Source of the DNA: an uncultured Bacteroidota bacterium
GTDB lineage: Bacteria; Bacteroidota; Bacteroidia; Bacteroidales; DTGW01
Direction: 5' to 3'
NCBI GenBank assembly: GCA_963808135.1
Contig: CAWEFA010000078.1
Coordinates: 13,797 to 77,796, forward strand
DNA length: 64,000 bases
This document shows, one piece after another, positions 1-9,808 of this stretch. The translations under genes and the position numbers were made by a program. Positions within the stretch are counted from its first letter, which is position 1. Every line of letters begins with the position of its first letter. Below the pieces are notes generated by a model. The model saw only the letters and a list, made by a program, of their open reading frames with translations. It had not been told where the DNA came from and searched no databases.

Positions 1-748
1 TTTCTTGAATTTCGGTCTCAACATTTTCAGGTTCTACCAAATTAATAGTGGACTCTATTTGTTTGCTTTCTTGTTGTTTTTTTTCTAATTCTCTTTCTTT
101 ACGTGATTTTTTTGGAGGCCTTGTACGCAAATTCATTGAATCGAGGTCGATTTTACCAACTATTTTGGGCTGTTCAATTTCTCCAGGTAATTCAACTGGT
201 ATATCTACTTCCTGTTCTTCAATTGTTTGTGATCTCGAAGTTTTTTTAGGTTTCTTTTTTGTTGACTGATCATCGATTTTCTCCTTAATTGATTCAGCTT
301 CTGAAATCTTTTCTTTAGTTTTCTGAGGTTTTGTAGTTTTATCTGGAATTTCTTCTTCGATATTTAATGGAACTTTTATGCCGCTTTTTTCCCTGATTTC
401 TTCCATTTCTTTTAACGACATTCCCAAGCGGGCTTCTTTAAGCAGAACTTCATCATCAATGTCGGCTTCTTCATCTTCAGCCGGATGCGTTTTTTCAATA
501 TCCTGTATGGTTATCGTTTCTTTTTTATCACGAAAAGATTGTAAATTCAGTTTTTCCGACTCCTTTTTTGCATTAATTTCCGAGCTGTACTCTTTTTCAA
601 GTACAACTACAATATCTTGGGAAACTTTAGTGTTGGGGTTATTTTCCACTTTGAATCCTTTCTTTTTAAGAAATTCAACAATTGTGGTTATGCCAACATT
701 AAATTCTTTAGCTAATTTACTAAGTCGCGTGGCTTTCTGATCGTTCAT
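1..748 (-). CDS. infB: Translation initiation factor IF-2, N-terminal part (runs off window)
   Basis: Manual minus-strand translation from ATG at 748 gives MNDQKATRLSKLAKEFNVGITTIVEFLKKKG, a typical Bacteroidota IF-2 N-terminus; rimP-nusA-infB synteny. Confidence 0.92.
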   Translation of the reverse strand, partial: MNDQKATRLSKLAKEFNVGITTIVEFLKKKGFKVENNPNTKVSQDIVVVLEKEYSSEINAKKESEKLNLQSFRDKKETITIQDIEKTHPAEDEEADIDDEVLLKEARLGMSLKEMEEIREKSGIKVPLNIEEEIPDKTTKPQKTKEKISEAESIKEKIDDQSTKKKPKKTSRSQTIEEQEVDIPVELPGEIEQPKIVGKIDLDSMNLRTRPPKKSRKERELEKKQQESKQIESTINLVEPENVETEIQE

Positions 749-815
749 ATTTCTTCTTCACATTATAAAGTCCTATTTTCTAAAATATTGTTAAAAATAC
801 AATGAAGTTTATTAT

Positions 816-2052
816 TTATTCGAATTCTGCCTTTAAAATTTTCATTACTTCTTTAATTGTCTCTTCTTCCAAATCGGTGCGCTTTACAAGTTCGTCAACA
901 CTGAGTTCTAAAACACTTTTAGCTGTATCGCAACCTATTGTTTTTAATTCATCGATAATCCAGTCTTCAATTTCATCAACAAATTCATCAAGGTTAACAT
1001 CTTCATCGTCTTCTTCCGATTCGCGGTATACATCAATTTCGAACCCGGTAAGTTGGCTGGCAAGTTTAATATTCAGCCCTCCTTTGCCTATTGCGAGAGA
1101 TACTTCTTTTGGGTTTAGATAAACGTTTGCTTTTTTGGCCGGCTCGTTAATTTTAATAGAAGAGATTTTTGCAGGGCTAAGCGCGCGCGTGATAAAGAGA
1201 CTGAATGTTGTTTGTAAAGTTTATTACGTCTATATTTTCGTTGCGCAATTCCCTTACTATTCCGTGGATGCGGGAACCTTTCATGCCTACGCATGCGCCA
1301 ACCGGATCGATACGTTCATCGTATGATTCAACTGCAACTTTGGCGCGTTCTCCGGGAATACGGACAATATTTTTAATTGTGATAAGACCATCGAATATTT
1401 CCGGCACTTCAAGTTCAAATAGCCTTTCGAGAAACACAGACGAGGTTCGAGACAAAATAATCAAGGGGCTGTTATTTCTCATTTCCACTTTAACAACAAC
1501 TGCCCTGATAGAGTCGCCTTTGCGGAAATAATCTGAAGGTATTTGTTCGGTTTTAGGAAGTATTAATTCATTGCCTTCGTCGTCAAGTACAAGTATTTCC
1601 TTTTTCCAAACCTGGTAAACTTCACCTGTAACTATTTCGCCTATCCTGTCCTTATATTTTCCAAAAATATTGCCTTTTTCGAGTTCCATTATACGCGAAC
1701 TGAGGTTTTGCCGTAAAGCTAAGATAGCCCGGCGTCCAAAACTTGCAAGTTTAACTTCGTCGGTAACATCTTCCCCAACTTCGTAATCATCGTCAATTTT
1801 TTTAGCTTCGGATAATGGAATCTGTATATTGGCATCTTCAACTTCCCCGTCTTTTACGACGTGGCGGTTACGCAATATTTCAAAATCGCCTTTATCAATG
1901 TTAATGATAACATCGAAATTATCTTCACTGCCGAAATGTTTTAGTAACATTCCCTTGAAAACATCTTCCAATACCCGCATCATTGTTGCCCTGTCAATAC
2001 TTTTCAGTTCCTTGAATTCTGAAAAAGTTTCAATTAAATTTAAATTTTCCAT
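816..2052 (-). CDS. nusA: Transcription termination/antitermination factor NusA (apparent +1 indel near 1195-1200)
   Basis: ORF 1177..2052 has NusA motifs (FGRRA, RIPGERAKVAV, DPVGACVGMKGSRI). Removing one base restores ..QLFITRALSPAK.. and continues to ..AEFE* at 816. Confidence 0.95.
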
Positions 2053-2072
2053 ATAGGATTTGTTAAGGTATT

Positions 2073-2540
2073 TTATTTAAATGATAATAATAATTTTGTG
2101 CTCTTTATATTTTCAAAACTTATAAAATGATTTTCGATAGTCTTTTGTTTCTTTTTGTCAGCTTTTTGTTTAAGGTTAATTTCAACTTCAACATTAATGC
2201 CTTTTTCGTCGACCGATTTTAATTTGGCTTTCGTTTTTATCCCGGTTTTAAAAAGAACTTCAACATCATTGCCGATATTTTTCTGATATTGTTGTAAAAC
2301 CCTGAACGGGTTGGTTAAACCGGGCGATGTTACTTCAAGGTCATAATCTTCATCATCGCGGTTTAGGCTTGATTCGATTGTTCTGCTAATTTCAGCGCAC
2401 TTATCAATAGCAATACCTTTATAATCATCAACAATGACATTTATTTTGTTGCCTGGTTTTACAGAAACATCTACAATAAATTGATTGTCCCTATCAATGC
2501 AGCTTTCAACAATTGCCTGTATGTGCTTTTTTGTTATCAT
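2073..2540 (-). CDS. rimP: Ribosome maturation factor RimP
   Basis: LEVTSPGL motif, 155 aa, directly upstream of nusA. Confidence 0.93.
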   Translation of the reverse strand: MITKKHIQAIVESCIDRDNQFIVDVSVKPGNKINVIVDDYKGIAIDKCAEISRTIESSLNRDDEDYDLEVTSPGLTNPFRVLQQYQKNIGNDVEVLFKTGIKTKAKLKSVDEKGINVEVEINLKQKADKKKQKTIENHFISFENIKSTKLLLSFK

Positions 2541-2558
2541 AAAAATTTTAGCAACAAA

Positions 2559-2580
2559 ATAGGGGACTTTTGTCCCCTAT
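2559..2580 (-). promoter_or_regulatory. Hairpin in the rimP leader
   Basis: Perfect stem ATAGGGGAC-TTTT-GTCCCCTAT about 20 nt upstream of the rimP start. Confidence 0.5.
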
Positions 2581-2677
2581 AACCTAAATCGTGTATCCAA
2601 TCGGCGGTAAAATTATAAAAATTTTGGTATAAAATGCAAATTTTTATCGAAATTACTAAATACCAGTGATATAAAAT

Positions 2678-3733
2678 TTATCTTTTTAAATATTGGCTCT
2701 CGTAATATTTCTCATAGTCCTTTGAAATAACATTATTGAGCCATTTTTCATTAGCAAGGTACCAATCGACTGTTTGATTGAGGCCTTCTTCAAATTTTAA
2801 CGATGGCTTCCATTGAAGCTCGCGTTGTATTTTGGATGAATCGATTGCATAACGCTTATCATGGCCGGCGCGGTCTTTTACAAAAGTAATCAGTTCTGCC
2901 GACGTGCCGGGTTTCCGATTAAGCTTGCTGTCCATAATTTTGCATAGCAACCGGATAAGGTCAATATTTTTCCATTCATTGTTTCCGCCTATGTTATAAG
3001 TTTCGCCTGTTTTGCCCTGGTGAAAAATTAAATCAATTGCTTTTGCATGATCTATTACGTATAACCAGTCGCGGATATTCTCGCCTTTTCCGTAAATAGG
3101 AAGGGGCTGGTTATTTTTGATATTGTTTATTGAAAGCGGAATAAGTTTTTCGGGAAACTGGTTTGGCCCGTAATTGTTCGAGCAATTCGATATTACAATC
3201 GGAAGTTTGTAAGTATGGTAAAAAGCCCTTACAAGATGATCGGAGCTTGCCTTTGAAGCTGAATAAGGGCTGCGCGGATCGTAAGCTGTAGTTTCAGTAA
3301 AAAAACCATTGCTTTCTAAAGAACCATAAACTTCATCGGTAGAGATATGATAGAATCGTTTGTTCTCAAAATTATTTTTCCAATTATCCAATGCAACATT
3401 CAACAATACCGTAGTACCGAGAATATTGGTTTTTATAAAAGCCATAGGATCGGAGATTGAGCGGTCTACATGCGATTCGGCTGCAAGGTGTATTATACCG
3501 TCAAATTTATACTTTGAAAAAAGTTCATTAATGTGATTCGAATCGGTAATGTCGGCTTTTTCAAAAATATAGTTTGGCTTTGAATCAACATCGGTTAAAT
3601 TTTCAAGATTTCCGGCATAGGTAAGCTTATCGAGGTTAACTATCCTGTATTCGGGATATTTGTTAACGAACAACCTTACAACATGCGAGCCGATAAACCC
3701 TGCGCCCCCCGTAATTAAAATGGTTTTATTCAT
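2678..3733 (-). CDS. rfbB: dTDP-glucose 4,6-dehydratase
   Basis: GGAGFIGS, LAAESHVDRS, ISTDEVYG and PYSASKA motifs. Confidence 0.95.
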   Translation of the reverse strand: MNKTILITGGAGFIGSHVVRLFVNKYPEYRIVNLDKLTYAGNLENLTDVDSKPNYIFEKADITDSNHINELFSKYKFDGIIHLAAESHVDRSISDPMAFIKTNILGTTVLLNVALDNWKNNFENKRFYHISTDEVYGSLESNGFFTETTAYDPRSPYSASKASSDHLVRAFYHTYKLPIVISNCSNNYGPNQFPEKLIPLSINNIKNNQPLPIYGKGENIRDWLYVIDHAKAIDLIFHQGKTGETYNIGGNNEWKNIDLIRLLCKIMDSKLNRKPGTSAELITFVKDRAGHDKRYAIDSSKIQRELQWKPSLKFEEGLNQTVDWYLANEKWLNNVISKDYEKYYESQYLKR

Positions 3734-3842
3734 TTATTTTTTTATTGAATACAAACCTACATGAATTTTGGAAAATTCTCAAATGTTGTTTGTGTTTTTG
3801 TTTAGTTAAACCTAAATGGCAAAAAAACGTTATCTTTGTTAT

Positions 3843-4046
3843 ATGAAAGAAACAAAATCAGTAAGGGAACAGATAGGCGAATATATGATTGATATTTCAA
3901 AATTAACCTTTGCTGGTGTTGTATTAAGTACTGTTCTCGAAGTTACTACAAACAAAGGAGTAATATTGCTGAGTGGAGTAATAGCTACATTAAATCTTGC
4001 AGTAATTGGCATGATATTGTTAAACATTAAAAGCAAAAAACAATGA
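3843..4046 (+). CDS. Small two-TM membrane protein (DUF6722-like)
   Basis: MKETKSVREQIGEYMIDISKLTFAGVVLS resembles small Bacteroidota DUF6722 proteins; a TATCTTTG -7 promoter-like box lies just upstream. Confidence 0.6.
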   Translation: MKETKSVREQIGEYMIDISKLTFAGVVLSTVLEVTTNKGVILLSGVIATLNLAVIGMILLNIKSKKQ

Positions 4047-4138
4047 TAGCTGAATATTTCTTCATAAGTCTTGCTGTTGTTAGCTTTATTGGATTGATAA
4101 TAACTATCGTCTACAAACACAAAATAGAACATAAGTAA
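4043..4138 (+). CDS. 31-aa single-TM peptide, below the ORF-track cutoff
   Basis: ATGA overlap with the upstream stop; MIAEYFFISLAVVSFIGLIITIVYKHKIEHK*. Confidence 0.5.
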   Translation: MIAEYFFISLAVVSFIGLIITIVYKHKIEHK

Positions 4139-4319
4139 ATTTTTGCATTGTTGACCTAAGTTAATACCAGCAAGCATATTTGAGAGCTTTCTCTATTGAG
4201 CGATGTAGCTAAAACATATATCGTTTCTGCTCGTTTATACTTCTACTATTTTGCTTTACATGAAAATAGGCGGCAACCTATAATGAAATATTCGACGGAG
4301 GCAGAGCCATCCGCCGAAC

Positions 4320-4452
4320 GAAGGTAGGAGGATTGGATTCTTATTTGCTAAATTGCCAAAAAATATCAATCCCCCTGCCCCCTTTTCAAAGGGGGACTTG
4401 CTTTGTTCTTGATTATATGAAGTTTACACATATATTATATCGAACTCACGTT
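4320..4452. repeat. Partial copy of REP/MITE-like element
   Basis: TCAATCCCCCTGCCCCCTTTTCAAAGGGGGA and terminal ATCGAACTCACGTT match the element at 49921-50113. Confidence 0.7.
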
Positions 4453-4515
4453 AATCAAGGTGCAGAATAAAAATATTTACAAGAACAAATCGGGAAATAA
4501 GCGTAACCTGAATCC

Positions 4516-4549
4516 AAAAAAAAAGTGCCCCGAAAGGCACCTTTTTTTT
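4516..4549 (-). terminator. Rho-independent, probably bidirectional terminator
   Basis: A-tract, GTGCC-CCGAAA-GGCAC stem-loop, T-tract; downstream of the 4582..5364 gene. Confidence 0.75.
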
Positions 4550-4581
4550 CATTTAAAACTAAAAATCTCATCGAAGTTGGA

Positions 4582-5364
4582 TTAACTTGATGGAATATTA
4601 CACCAGAAACGAACGTTGTCGCTTGTATGGCCGCTAAGTTTGCTGTAAGTCCAGTCCATAGCTGATTTCCAACCCATTGCACTGCTTCCGCTGCAACTGC
4701 TGTTGTTACCGTTACGATGAACGTCCCAGTAGCAACTTCCCCAATAGCTCTTGCAAGAACTCCAAACCGATACATCGCTGCTTCCGTTTGTACATTTGTT
4801 CCATAATGCAGAAGTAGAACCCTGGCCAACGCCAGCCATTCTTGCTTCATAGTAATTTAATTTTGTACGGCCTGCGTTGAAAGCATCACCTGATTTACCA
4901 TCACCATAAGAGTAATTGGTATTCATAAGTTCGGTTTCCATCATAGCTGCTGATTCAAAACTTTGGTTATCGCCAACAGCGCCTTTGTTACCACTAAGTC
5001 CGCTAACTGTATAGCAACCGCATGATACGCCGCTTGGGCAACTTACTGAGCCTGGGCAACCGCCTGATGAACTACTTGAACTTGAACTTGAGCTGCTTGA
5101 GCTTGAGCTGCTTCCGCAATAACTGCTTCCACATTGGCTGCTAGCTGCACCTGAACATTTTGTAACACAACTCTGGCTGTTTTCCCAACCCCAGTCACCT
5201 GTTGTTGCATTGCAGCAGAAAGGATAGCTACCGCATGTGCCACAAGATTTCAAACTCGAAGCTGTGGAAACGTTTTCCTTGCTACAACTTACAATCGTAA
5301 CAATCGATCCAATCAATATAACACTTGCAAGGATCGCACTCATTGACAAGAAAAATTTTTTCAT
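4582..5364 (-). CDS. Lipoprotein with CBM10, poly-Ser linker and GH134-like endo-beta-1,4-mannanase domain
   Basis: Lipobox IVSC; CBM10-like YPFCC..WGWENSQSC; long Ser linker; GH134-type motifs YTVSGL, AMMETE-x-YGDGK (Glu and Asp 12 residues apart), HRNG, DNVRFW. Confidence 0.8.
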   Translation of the reverse strand: MKKFFLSMSAILASVILIGSIVTIVSCSKENVSTASSLKSCGTCGSYPFCCNATTGDWGWENSQSCVTKCSGAASSQCGSSYCGSSSSSSSSSSSSSSSSGGCPGSVSCPSGVSCGCYTVSGLSGNKGAVGDNQSFESAAMMETELMNTNYSYGDGKSGDAFNAGRTKLNYYEARMAGVGQGSTSALWNKCTNGSSDVSVWSSCKSYWGSCYWDVHRNGNNSSCSGSSAMGWKSAMDWTYSKLSGHTSDNVRFWCNIPSS

Positions 5365-5696
5365 AAAATTTAAATAATTAAGTTAGTTAATAAATTTTTG
5401 TTTAAAAACAATTATTAATATTAATGCAAACTCTTAGTTCAAAACACCCAAAACGTATCAAAAAATGAAATCATTTTACAGCATGCTAAAATACATATAA
5501 CAAATTTGTTATACATTTCACGAATCAATTTGTTTCTATATGGATAATCAAAAATGAATAAAAAAATAATAAAATGGTATTTTATGATGTTCGAATATTT
5601 ATTTTAAATTAATTTTAAGATAAAATTGTGCTTTGTTTTTATTTGGTCGCTAATTTTTTTATAATTCATAACATCTTCTACCTGAAACAAAAAATT

Positions 5697-8600
5697 ATGA
5701 AAAGATATTTTTTCATATTATTTATAATCAATTTTTTTCTATTATTTACTGTTTTTGCACAAAAGCGAGATTTAAAATTTCAGCATCTTACCACAAAAGA
5801 AGGTCTTTCTTGTAGTGATGTGGTTTCTATAATCCAGGACAATAAGGGTTTTATATGGGTAGGAACAACGGATGGCTTAAATAAATTTGACGGATATTCA
5901 TTTAAAGTTTATAAGCATGACGACAATAATAAAATGAGTATTGGCAATAACAATATTTATTGCATGTATAAAGATTCAAAAGAACGCTTGTGGATAGGTA
6001 CTCAGAAAGGCTTAAGTATGTACAACCCGTCTTTAGACAATTTCACCAATTATATTTTTGATAAAAATTTAAATGAACAAAATATTTCATTCAACCGGGT
6101 AAGAGGAATTACAGAGGATAAATTACTTAACTTATATATTCTTAATGAAAAAGGCAGTATTTATAAATTTAATAATGATTCAAAAACATTTATAAAAATT
6201 TCAGAAATTAAAACCAACACCACTGCAAACTCCATATTGGCAGATGATAAGAACAATTTATGGGTAACAACAGTTGAAGGCCTGTTTTTATATGATCAAA
6301 AAGCAGGTAAAATTATCGGGTATAATAAAAAAGGCAATTCAAGTTTTTATATAAATGATTTTTGTTTGGGTTTATTATTCGATAAAAACCTTTTATGGAT
6401 TGGTACGGTTTCAGGTATAAAAGTTGTTAACCTGAAAACAAATGCAATTAAAGTCTTCAAGTCTGAATCTGAATTTGGGTCAATTGTTCTTAATATTTAT
6501 AAAGACCGTAAAAATAATATCTGGATCGCAGATGCCAAAGGATTGAAATTATATGATAAAATTTCGGATAAATTTTGGTCGTATGATAGCAGGCCGGACG
6601 ATAAATTCTCATTACAATCGCCGGGAGTTCATGCAATTTTTGAAGACAACCAGGGTAATCTTTGGGTTGGCTCGGTGTTGGGTGGAATTAATGTTGCATA
6701 CGCTGATAAAGCTTTTTTGCATTTAAGAAACACTATTGATTTTCCGCTAAACTTAACACGAAACATAATTTCCTCAATATTGGAAGATGAAAATGGGAAT
6801 TTATGGATAGGATCATTTAACCAGGGAATTGATGTTATAAACCTGAAAAACAAAACAAAAAAGCATTACGAACATATTGAAGGAGATCCGTATTCTTTAG
6901 GCCAGTCAACAATCAATACCATATTTGAAGACAATAAAAATAACATTTGGATAGGCAGCTTTAGTAGCGGGCTGCAACGATTTGATAAAAATACAGACAG
7001 ATTTATTTCCTATATTGATACTAAACTTTACCCCGAACTTCAGTTTCAAGATATCCGGTCAATCGCAGAAGACGAAGAGGGTAATTTTTGGGTTGTAACA
7101 AATGGGTGTGGCATAGCTAAAATCAATCCCATTACAAAAGAATTTCATCATTATAAAGAGCCTCAATTTATTTCTAACTGGGGATTTATCCTGTATATCG
7201 ATAGCGATGGGCATTTGTGGTTCGGATCAGCATTGGGTTTAGCGCAAATAAATGATGATGGTTCTTTAAAGAAACAATATATTTTTGACCCTAAAAACAT
7301 CAACAGCATTAGCAGCAACATGATAAGATGTATCATTGAGGATAGCAGGAAAAACCTTTGGATAGGAACAGAAGATGGGTTAAACCTTTTTATTAAGAAA
7401 ACCGAAAAGTTTTATTGTTTCTCTAAAAAAGATGGTTTGCCAAACAGTTCGATAAAAGCAATACAGGAAGATAATTCCGGCAATTTATGGATTAGTTCAA
7501 ACAAAGGCATTTCCAAGTTGAGTATTTTTTGGTCTGACGAATTATTTAAATTTAATATAAAGAATTTTGATGTTGACGACGGTCTTCAGGGAGATGAATT
7601 TATGGAGCGTTCTTCATTTAAAAGTAAAAAAACCGGACAACTTTTTTTTGGAGGCGTTAACGGAATTACTGCATTTTATCCTGATAATATCAAGGACAAC
7701 ACATATATTCCACCATTGGCATTTACCGATTTCAAGCTCTTTTATCATTCTGTTCCAATCGGCGCTAAAAATTCGCCATTAAAGAAACACATAAACGAAA
7801 CCGATCATATTGAGCTTAAACACTCCCAAAATGTTATTTCTATAGAGTTTACAGCGCTTAACTTTGTTGTACCCGAAAAAAACCAGTATGCGTACTTTCT
7901 AGAAGGTTTTGATGAAAAATGGTACTATGTCGGTTCTGAACGCAAAGCAACCTATACTAACTTAAGCCCCGGCAATTATGTTTTCAGGTTAAAAGCCTCA
8001 AATAACGATGGCCTTTGGAATGAGAAAGGCATCTCAATTAAAATCCATATAAAACCTCCTTTTTGGTTAACAGGCTGGGCTATTGCTTTGTATCTGCTTT
8101 GTATATTTTTGGTTACATACTATATATATAATATGATTGTGGCAAGGGAAAAACTCAAATCGGAAATAGCTTTAGAAAAGTTTGAAAAGAAAAAGGACCA
8201 CGATTTAAACCTGATGAAAATTCAATTTTTCACAAGTATTTCACATGAACTCCGAACCCCTCTTACTCTTATAATAGGCCCTTTACAAAAATTATTAAAG
8301 GAGGAATCATTTAATTCACAAATAAAGAATTATTTTAGCCTTGCATACAGGAATGCCCAGCGGCTATCAAGGTTAGTCAATCAACTTTTAGATTTTCGAA
8401 AATTAGAAGCCGGTTTTATGAAACTGGAAGTTTCAAATGACGATATAGTGAGATTTGTAAATGTAATTGCAGCCAGCTTTAACTATATTGCCTCGCAACG
8501 AAATATTATTTACACGGTTCAATCCTCTATTGAATCGCTTCAGGCATGGTTCGATCCGGACAAGCTGGAAAAAATACTAAACAACCTTATATCAAATGCA

Positions 8601-9806
8601 TTTAAATATTCCAGCAATGATGGCGAAATAACAATTAACCTTTCAGTCGGAAATTATCCTCTCAAGTTGGATCAGCAAATGTTTTTTATTATTAAAGTTG
8701 AAGACAAAGGAATAGGTATTCCTAAAGAATCAATGTCAAATTTATTCACGCTATTTCACCAGGTTCATGACCATAACCCGTCAAATACAGAAAGTACGGG
8801 AATTGGCCTGGCCCTTACAAAAGAACTTATTGATATGCATAAAGGATACATAACCGTTGAAAGCGAACTTAACAAAGGAACGAGCTTTACTGTTTATTTG
8901 CCTTTTGAAAAAAATTGTTATAGCCAGAATGAAATAACAGAGAAAAATATTGACCTGTATGAAAAAACGGATAATGCAGAATTTTATACAATCAAGAGCG
9001 ATCAATCAAAAAATACTAATAAAATAAACTATGAATTACCATTGGCGCTTATTGTAGAAGATGACGAAGACGTACGATATTTTATTAAAGATTCTTTATC
9101 AGAATCGTTTCGGGTTATTGAAGCCTCCAATGGCGATCAGGGATATTCACTTGCAATAATGGAAATCCCCGATTTAATAATTTCAGACATTATTATGCCT
9201 AACTCAGATGGTTTTGTACTCTGTAGCCGTTTAAAAAGCGATGTTCGAACCAATCATATTCCGCTTATAATTTTATCTGCAAAGCATGCTGAAGAAAACA
9301 AAATAAAGGGATTCGAACTTGGGGCAGATGATTATATCGCCAAACCTTTTAACGCCGATGTTCTTTTAGCAAGAGCCAAAAACCTTGTGGGTTCACGATT
9401 AAAGTTAAAAGAAATTTTTAATAAAACAGAAGGCTATATAACTGAATTGAGCAACTTAAATAAAAGGGATAAATTATTTATTGATAAAGCCATCCAAATT
9501 GTCGAAAGCCATCTGTCGGATATTAATTTTGACAGCATAATTTTTGCATCTGAAATGGGGATGAGCCGTTCGCAACTATACCGTAAATTTGAAGCAATAA
9601 CCAATCAGACATTATATGATTTTATTCGAAATATAAAGTTTAAAAAAGCAATTGATATATTAATCCGTGAAGGAAAAACGAGCGCTGAAGCAGCATTTGC
9701 AATAGGGTACACAAAACCGACAAATTTCACACGGGCTTTTACACAACACTTTGGCGTAACACCTTCGGAATACGTAGCAAATTATAAGAAAAAGAAAAAC
9801 AGATAA
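5697..9806 (+). CDS. Hybrid two-component system (beta-propeller sensor, Y_Y_Y, HisKA, HATPase, receiver, AraC HTH)
   Basis: Reg_prop repeats (IWVGTTDGLN), TYTNLSPGNY, SHELRTPL, GIGLAL, DIIMP, C-terminal AraC; likely start MKRYFF at 5697. Confidence 0.95.
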   Translation: MKRYFFILFIINFFLLFTVFAQKRDLKFQHLTTKEGLSCSDVVSIIQDNKGFIWVGTTDGLNKFDGYSFKVYKHDDNNKMSIGNNNIYCMYKDSKERLWIGTQKGLSMYNPSLDNFTNYIFDKNLNEQNISFNRVRGITEDKLLNLYILNEKGSIYKFNNDSKTFIKISEIKTNTTANSILADDKNNLWVTTVEGLFLYDQKAGKIIGYNKKGNSSFYINDFCLGLLFDKNLLWIGTVSGIKVVNLKTNAIKVFKSESEFGSIVLNIYKDRKNNIWIADAKGLKLYDKISDKFWSYDSRPDDKFSLQSPGVHAIFEDNQGNLWVGSVLGGINVAYADKAFLHLRNTIDFPLNLTRNIISSILEDENGNLWIGSFNQGIDVINLKNKTKKHYEHIEGDPYSLGQSTINTIFEDNKNNIWIGSFSSGLQRFDKNTDRFISYIDTKLYPELQFQDIRSIAEDEEGNFWVVTNGCGIAKINPITKEFHHYKEPQFISNWGFILYIDSDGHLWFGSALGLAQINDDGSLKKQYIFDPKNINSISSNMIRCIIEDSRKNLWIGTEDGLNLFIKKTEKFYCFSKKDGLPNSSIKAIQEDNSGNLWISSNKGISKLSIFWSDELFKFNIKNFDVDDGLQGDEFMERSSFKSKKTGQLFFGGVNGITAFYPDNIKDNTYIPPLAFTDFKLFYHSVPIGAKNSPLKKHINETDHIELKHSQNVISIEFTALNFVVPEKNQYAYFLEGFDEKWYYVGSERKATYTNLSPGNYVFRLKASNNDGLWNEKGISIKIHIKPPFWLTGWAIALYLLCIFLVTYYIYNMIVAREKLKSEIALEKFEKKKDHDLNLMKIQFFTSISHELRTPLTLIIGPLQKLLKEESFNSQIKNYFSLAYRNAQRLSRLVNQLLDFRKLEAGFMKLEVSNDDIVRFVNVIAASFNYIASQRNIIYTVQSSIESLQAWFDPDKLEKILNNLISNAFKYSSNDGEITINLSVGNYPLKLDQQMFFIIKVEDKGIGIPKESMSNLFTLFHQVHDHNPSNTESTGIGLALTKELIDMHKGYITVESELNKGTSFTVYLPFEKNCYSQNEITEKNIDLYEKTDNAEFYTIKSDQSKNTNKINYELPLALIVEDDEDVRYFIKDSLSESFRVIEASNGDQGYSLAIMEIPDLIISDIIMPNSDGFVLCSRLKSDVRTNHIPLIILSAKHAEENKIKGFELGADDYIAKPFNADVLLARAKNLVGSRLKLKEIFNKTEGYITELSNLNKRDKLFIDKAIQIVESHLSDINFDSIIFASEMGMSRSQLYRKFEAITNQTLYDFIRNIKFKKAIDILIREGKTSAEAAFAIGYTKPTNFTRAFTQHFGVTPSEYVANYKKKKNR

Positions 9807-9808
9807 AA

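Noticed and set aside
48-1122. Plus-strand ORFs 48..269, 378..740, 802..1122 and the many other short overlapping ORFs in the track
   Set aside because: Antisense or off-frame shadows of real genes such as infB and nusA.
1177-1210. Programmed frameshifting in nusA, glmS or panC
   Set aside because: No consistent slippery motif or precedent; indels are scattered across many genes.
5066-5113. Short tandem repeats (GAACTT/GAGCTT) as a CRISPR or contingency locus
   Set aside because: They encode the poly-Ser linker in frame.
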